Below, piece by piece: positions 61,692 through 64,000 of a stretch of 64,000 bases of DNA. The notes beneath the pieces were generated by a model. It was not told the DNA's origin and made no database searches. It saw only the letters and a program-made list of their open reading frames with translations. Location of the stretch: positions 32,001 to 96,000 of the forward strand of contig JANRJK010000002.1 of assembly GCA_033764015.1 (NCBI GenBank), given 5' to 3'. Within the stretch, counting starts at the first letter, position 1; each line of letters begins with the position of its first letter. A program made the translations under genes and the position numbers. This DNA comes from Candidatus Sumerlaeia bacterium. Lineage in GTDB: Bacteria > Sumerlaeota > Sumerlaeia > SLMS01 > JANRJK01.

Positions 61692-64000
61692 TCCTCCGCG
61701 AACAGGTCCGTCTGCGCGCCGACGGTGGCGCGGCGGGCGCGGCGCTTCGCCCCGCCGGGGGGCGCGGGGCGCTCGTCGATGCGGATCCCCGCGGGCGCCA
61801 GGAGCGTCTGGAACGCGCGCCGCACGAGCAGCGCGTAGGCCGCCGGGTCGTAGCACATCTCCGGCGCCAGCAGCTTCGCGCAGCGCACCCGCAGCCCCGG
61901 GTCGCGGTTCTTCTGGTCCACGATCAGGTAGGTGATCCGCTCGCCGGCGTGGACGATGTAGCCGGCGGCCTCCGCCTGCCGCGCCGCGAGCGCCACCATG
62001 TTGTTGCCGCGGTACTCGGAGGGCGCCTTCGAGAGCGCCCGCGTGATGAACAGCTCCTCCCGCGGCACCTCGTGGCGCCACAGCGCGCGCTCCGCCTCGG
62101 CCAGCTCCTCCATCAGCTCCGGCGCCGCGTCGCGGTACTCCTCGAGGCTCCGCGCCCGCGCCAGCCGCTCGAGGCAGCGGAGCTGCAGGTCGCGCACGAA
62201 CGGCGGCTGGTCGTGCCGCCGCGCCTCGATGCCTCGGTACTTCAGCGAGCCGTCCTCGAACGCGCCGAAGAAGCGGTTCGGCACCGGGCGCCCCTCCTCC
62301 TGCCGCGAGGGCAGGAACGCGATCCAGCGGTAGAAGCCCTCGACGGCCATGGCGATGCCGGTCTCCTCCTCGAGCTCGCGGCACAGCGCGTCGATCTCCT
62401 CCCTCGACGGCTTGCCGCCGCGCTCCGGCGCGCGGCGGAGCCACAGGCAGTCCACGATCATGTGCAGCGCCTCGAAGCCGCGCGCCTCGCAGATCTCCCG
62501 CGCGCGCATCAGCCGGTCGCGGGCGAAGGCGCACACCGCCTCGTGCGCTTCGATGCGCCCGAAGCGCGCGTTGCGGTAGCCGAGGTAGCCGAAGCAGCAG
62601 ACCAGCAGCCACTTGAGCGCGCTCTGCCGCGAGTCGTGCCGCGCCGCCGCCGCCCCGTCGCCCGCCGCCCGCGCCCGCGAGCGCAGCGCCTTCAGCGCCC
62701 GCCGCTTCGCGATGATCGGCTCCAGCGACCGCGACACCAGCCCCCGCCGCCGCTGGCAGAGCGAGTAGCCCAGCTCCGGCACCGCCCCCTTCGGGCAGCA
62801 CGCGCAGTCCACCGTCTCCGGCGAGACGTTGAACCGCGACATGATCGTCGGGTACATCGACACGAAGTCGATCTCGACCACGTCCTCGTAGGCGCCCGTG
62901 AGCGGCTGGTACACGAGCCCGCCGCGGTCCGTCAGCAGCAGCCGCGCGGCGGACTTCCACGCCTCCGCCTTCGTCTTCTTCCAAGGGATCAGGTATCCCT
63001 CGCGGTACGCCAGATCGAGCTGGATCGCCGTGATGCCGGTCCCCACGGAGCGGCGCCCGATGCGCTGGATCGGCGTCTTCGAGACGCGGCACACCTCGAC
63101 CAGGCCGTCGAAGCCCGACTTGTCCACCATGAAGGAGTTCCGCCGGTCCAGGTGCCAGCGCCCGTGCAGCGGATAGTCCGGCGCCGAGTAGAGCACCTGC
63201 CCGTAGCTGAAGAACGAGCGTCCGTGGAGTTGCGCCTGCCGCGGGAACGGCGGCGGCTCCCGGTCCAGCAGCAGCGGCACCGGCTCGCCGTCCTCCGCCC
63301 GCGCCCGCTCCGCCAGCAGGTGCAGCAGCGGCATCAGCAGCGAATCGCCCCCCTCCGACAGGATCACGTCCGGGTCGTGCCGCGCGAGGAACCGGTTCAC
63401 CCCGCGCACCACCTCGGCGGGGGAGCCCCCCTCCCAGCGCTCCGTCCCCGCGCCGGGGATCGACAGCTCGATCCAGTCGAGCCGCGCGAGGCGCCGCGGC
63501 GGCGTGCCGGCGTAGCGCAGCTCGCCCGCGCCGCGCAGCTCCGCCACCACCAGCTCCGGCAGCGCGTACTCCGGCGCCCAGGGGTCCTCGGTCCCCGCGA
63601 TCCGCGCGAGGCGCCCTTCCGCGTCCGCCTCGTACGCGCACCCGCCGCAGGGCACCAGCGAGTGGTCCATGCAGTACTGCATCTCGGGCAGCAGGTCGGC
63701 GTTGAAGAACTCGACGTCCGGGTGGCGGCGGTACAGCTCGTTGAGCGTGGCGCGCCAGAGCGCAGGCTGCTCGATGCGGACCTCGACCGTGGCGCGTGGG
63801 CGGTCGGTCCAGAAGTCGCGCCGCTCCGCGCAGGGCCCGAGCACCGTCGCGTCCGCCGGCCGCGCGGCGAGCTCCGCCAGGAAGCGCCCGAGCGGTCCGC
63901 GCCGCCCCGCCGCGTGGAACGACGGGCGCCAAGCGGTGTCGAGCGTCCGCAGGCGGCGCCCGTCCGCGGCGATGAGCCAGACGGAGACGCCTTCCGGGCG
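61688..64000 (-). CDS. Family B DNA polymerase, archaeal PolB2-like; 5' end outside the window
   Basis: DRGGLV, EIDFVSMYPTIM, KWLLVCCFGYLGY, HMIVDCLW, KYRGIEARR; the frame stays open to 64000 (RPEGVSVWLIAADG). Confidence 0.9.
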   Translation of the reverse strand, partial: RPEGVSVWLIAADGRRLRTLDTAWRPSFHAAGRRGPLGRFLAELAARPADATVLGPCAERRDFWTDRPRATVEVRIEQPALWRATLNELYRRHPDVEFFNADLLPEMQYCMDHSLVPCGGCAYEADAEGRLARIAGTEDPWAPEYALPELVVAELRGAGELRYAGTPPRRLARLDWIELSIPGAGTERWEGGSPAEVVRGVNRFLARHDPDVILSEGGDSLLMPLLHLLAERARAEDGEPVPLLLDREPPPFPRQAQLHGRSFFSYGQVLYSAPDYPLHGRWHLDRRNSFMVDKSGFDGLVEVCRVSKTPIQRIGRRSVGTGITAIQLDLAYREGYLIPWKKTKAEAWKSAARLLLTDRGGLVYQPLTGAYEDVVEIDFVSMYPTIMSRFNVSPETVDCACCPKGAVPELGYSLCQRRRGLVSRSLEPIIAKRRALKALRSRARAAGDGAAAARHDSRQSALKWLLVCCFGYLGYRNARFGRIEAHEAVCAFARDRLMRAREICEARGFEALHMIVDCLWLRRAPERGGKPSREEIDALCRELEEETGIAMAVEGFYRWIAFLPSRQEEGRPVPNRFFGAFEDGSLKYRGIEARRHDQPPFVRDLQLRCLERLARARSLEEYRDAAPELMEELAEAERALWRHEVPREELFITRALSKAPSEYRGNNMVALAARQAEAAGYIVHAGERITYLIVDQKNRDPGLRVRCAKLLAPEMCYDPAAYALLVRRAFQTLLAPAGIRIDERPAPPGGAKRRARRATVGAQTDLFAED

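Overview
GC-rich bacterial chromosomal segment, densely coding, with no rRNA, tRNA, CRISPR array, integrase or transposase that I can recognise. The pilin-like N-terminus (FTLIELL...PNFLEAQTRAK) and C-terminal W-x-L-Y/H tails resemble proteins I associate with Candidatus Sumerlaeota (BRC1); this assignment is inference only. The housekeeping backbone is ileS (partial), prfC, rpoD, rplS, rpsF-ssb-rpsR-rplI and rpsB-tsf with an rpsB leader. Glycan genes include galE, a GH57 branching enzyme, gmd, manC, a wecA-like/Wzy-like/GT4 operon and a PIG-V-like GT-C. Also present are a stand-alone nuoM, pilT, a Tro/Ytg-type metal ABC operon with a permease-DtxR fusion and candidate operator, and a partial archaeal PolB2-like polymerase. 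Two visibly lower-GC islands stand out. The first (~34.3-37.6 kb) carries terC bracketed by a degenerate duplication of the manC 3' end, followed by a Cys-rich secreted orphan and a partner gene. The second (~42.9-48.5 kb) carries an Ig-like surface protein and a ~1370-codon subtilase frame interrupted by one in-frame TAG inside a conserved D-x-x-N-N-V-E motif. Further oddities are a DUF3800-like protein lacking its acidic residues, a frameshifted small Zn-ribbon gene, a shared C-terminal tail on unrelated secreted proteins and a repeated REP-like palindrome. All family assignments come from motif recognition by eye, with no database search.
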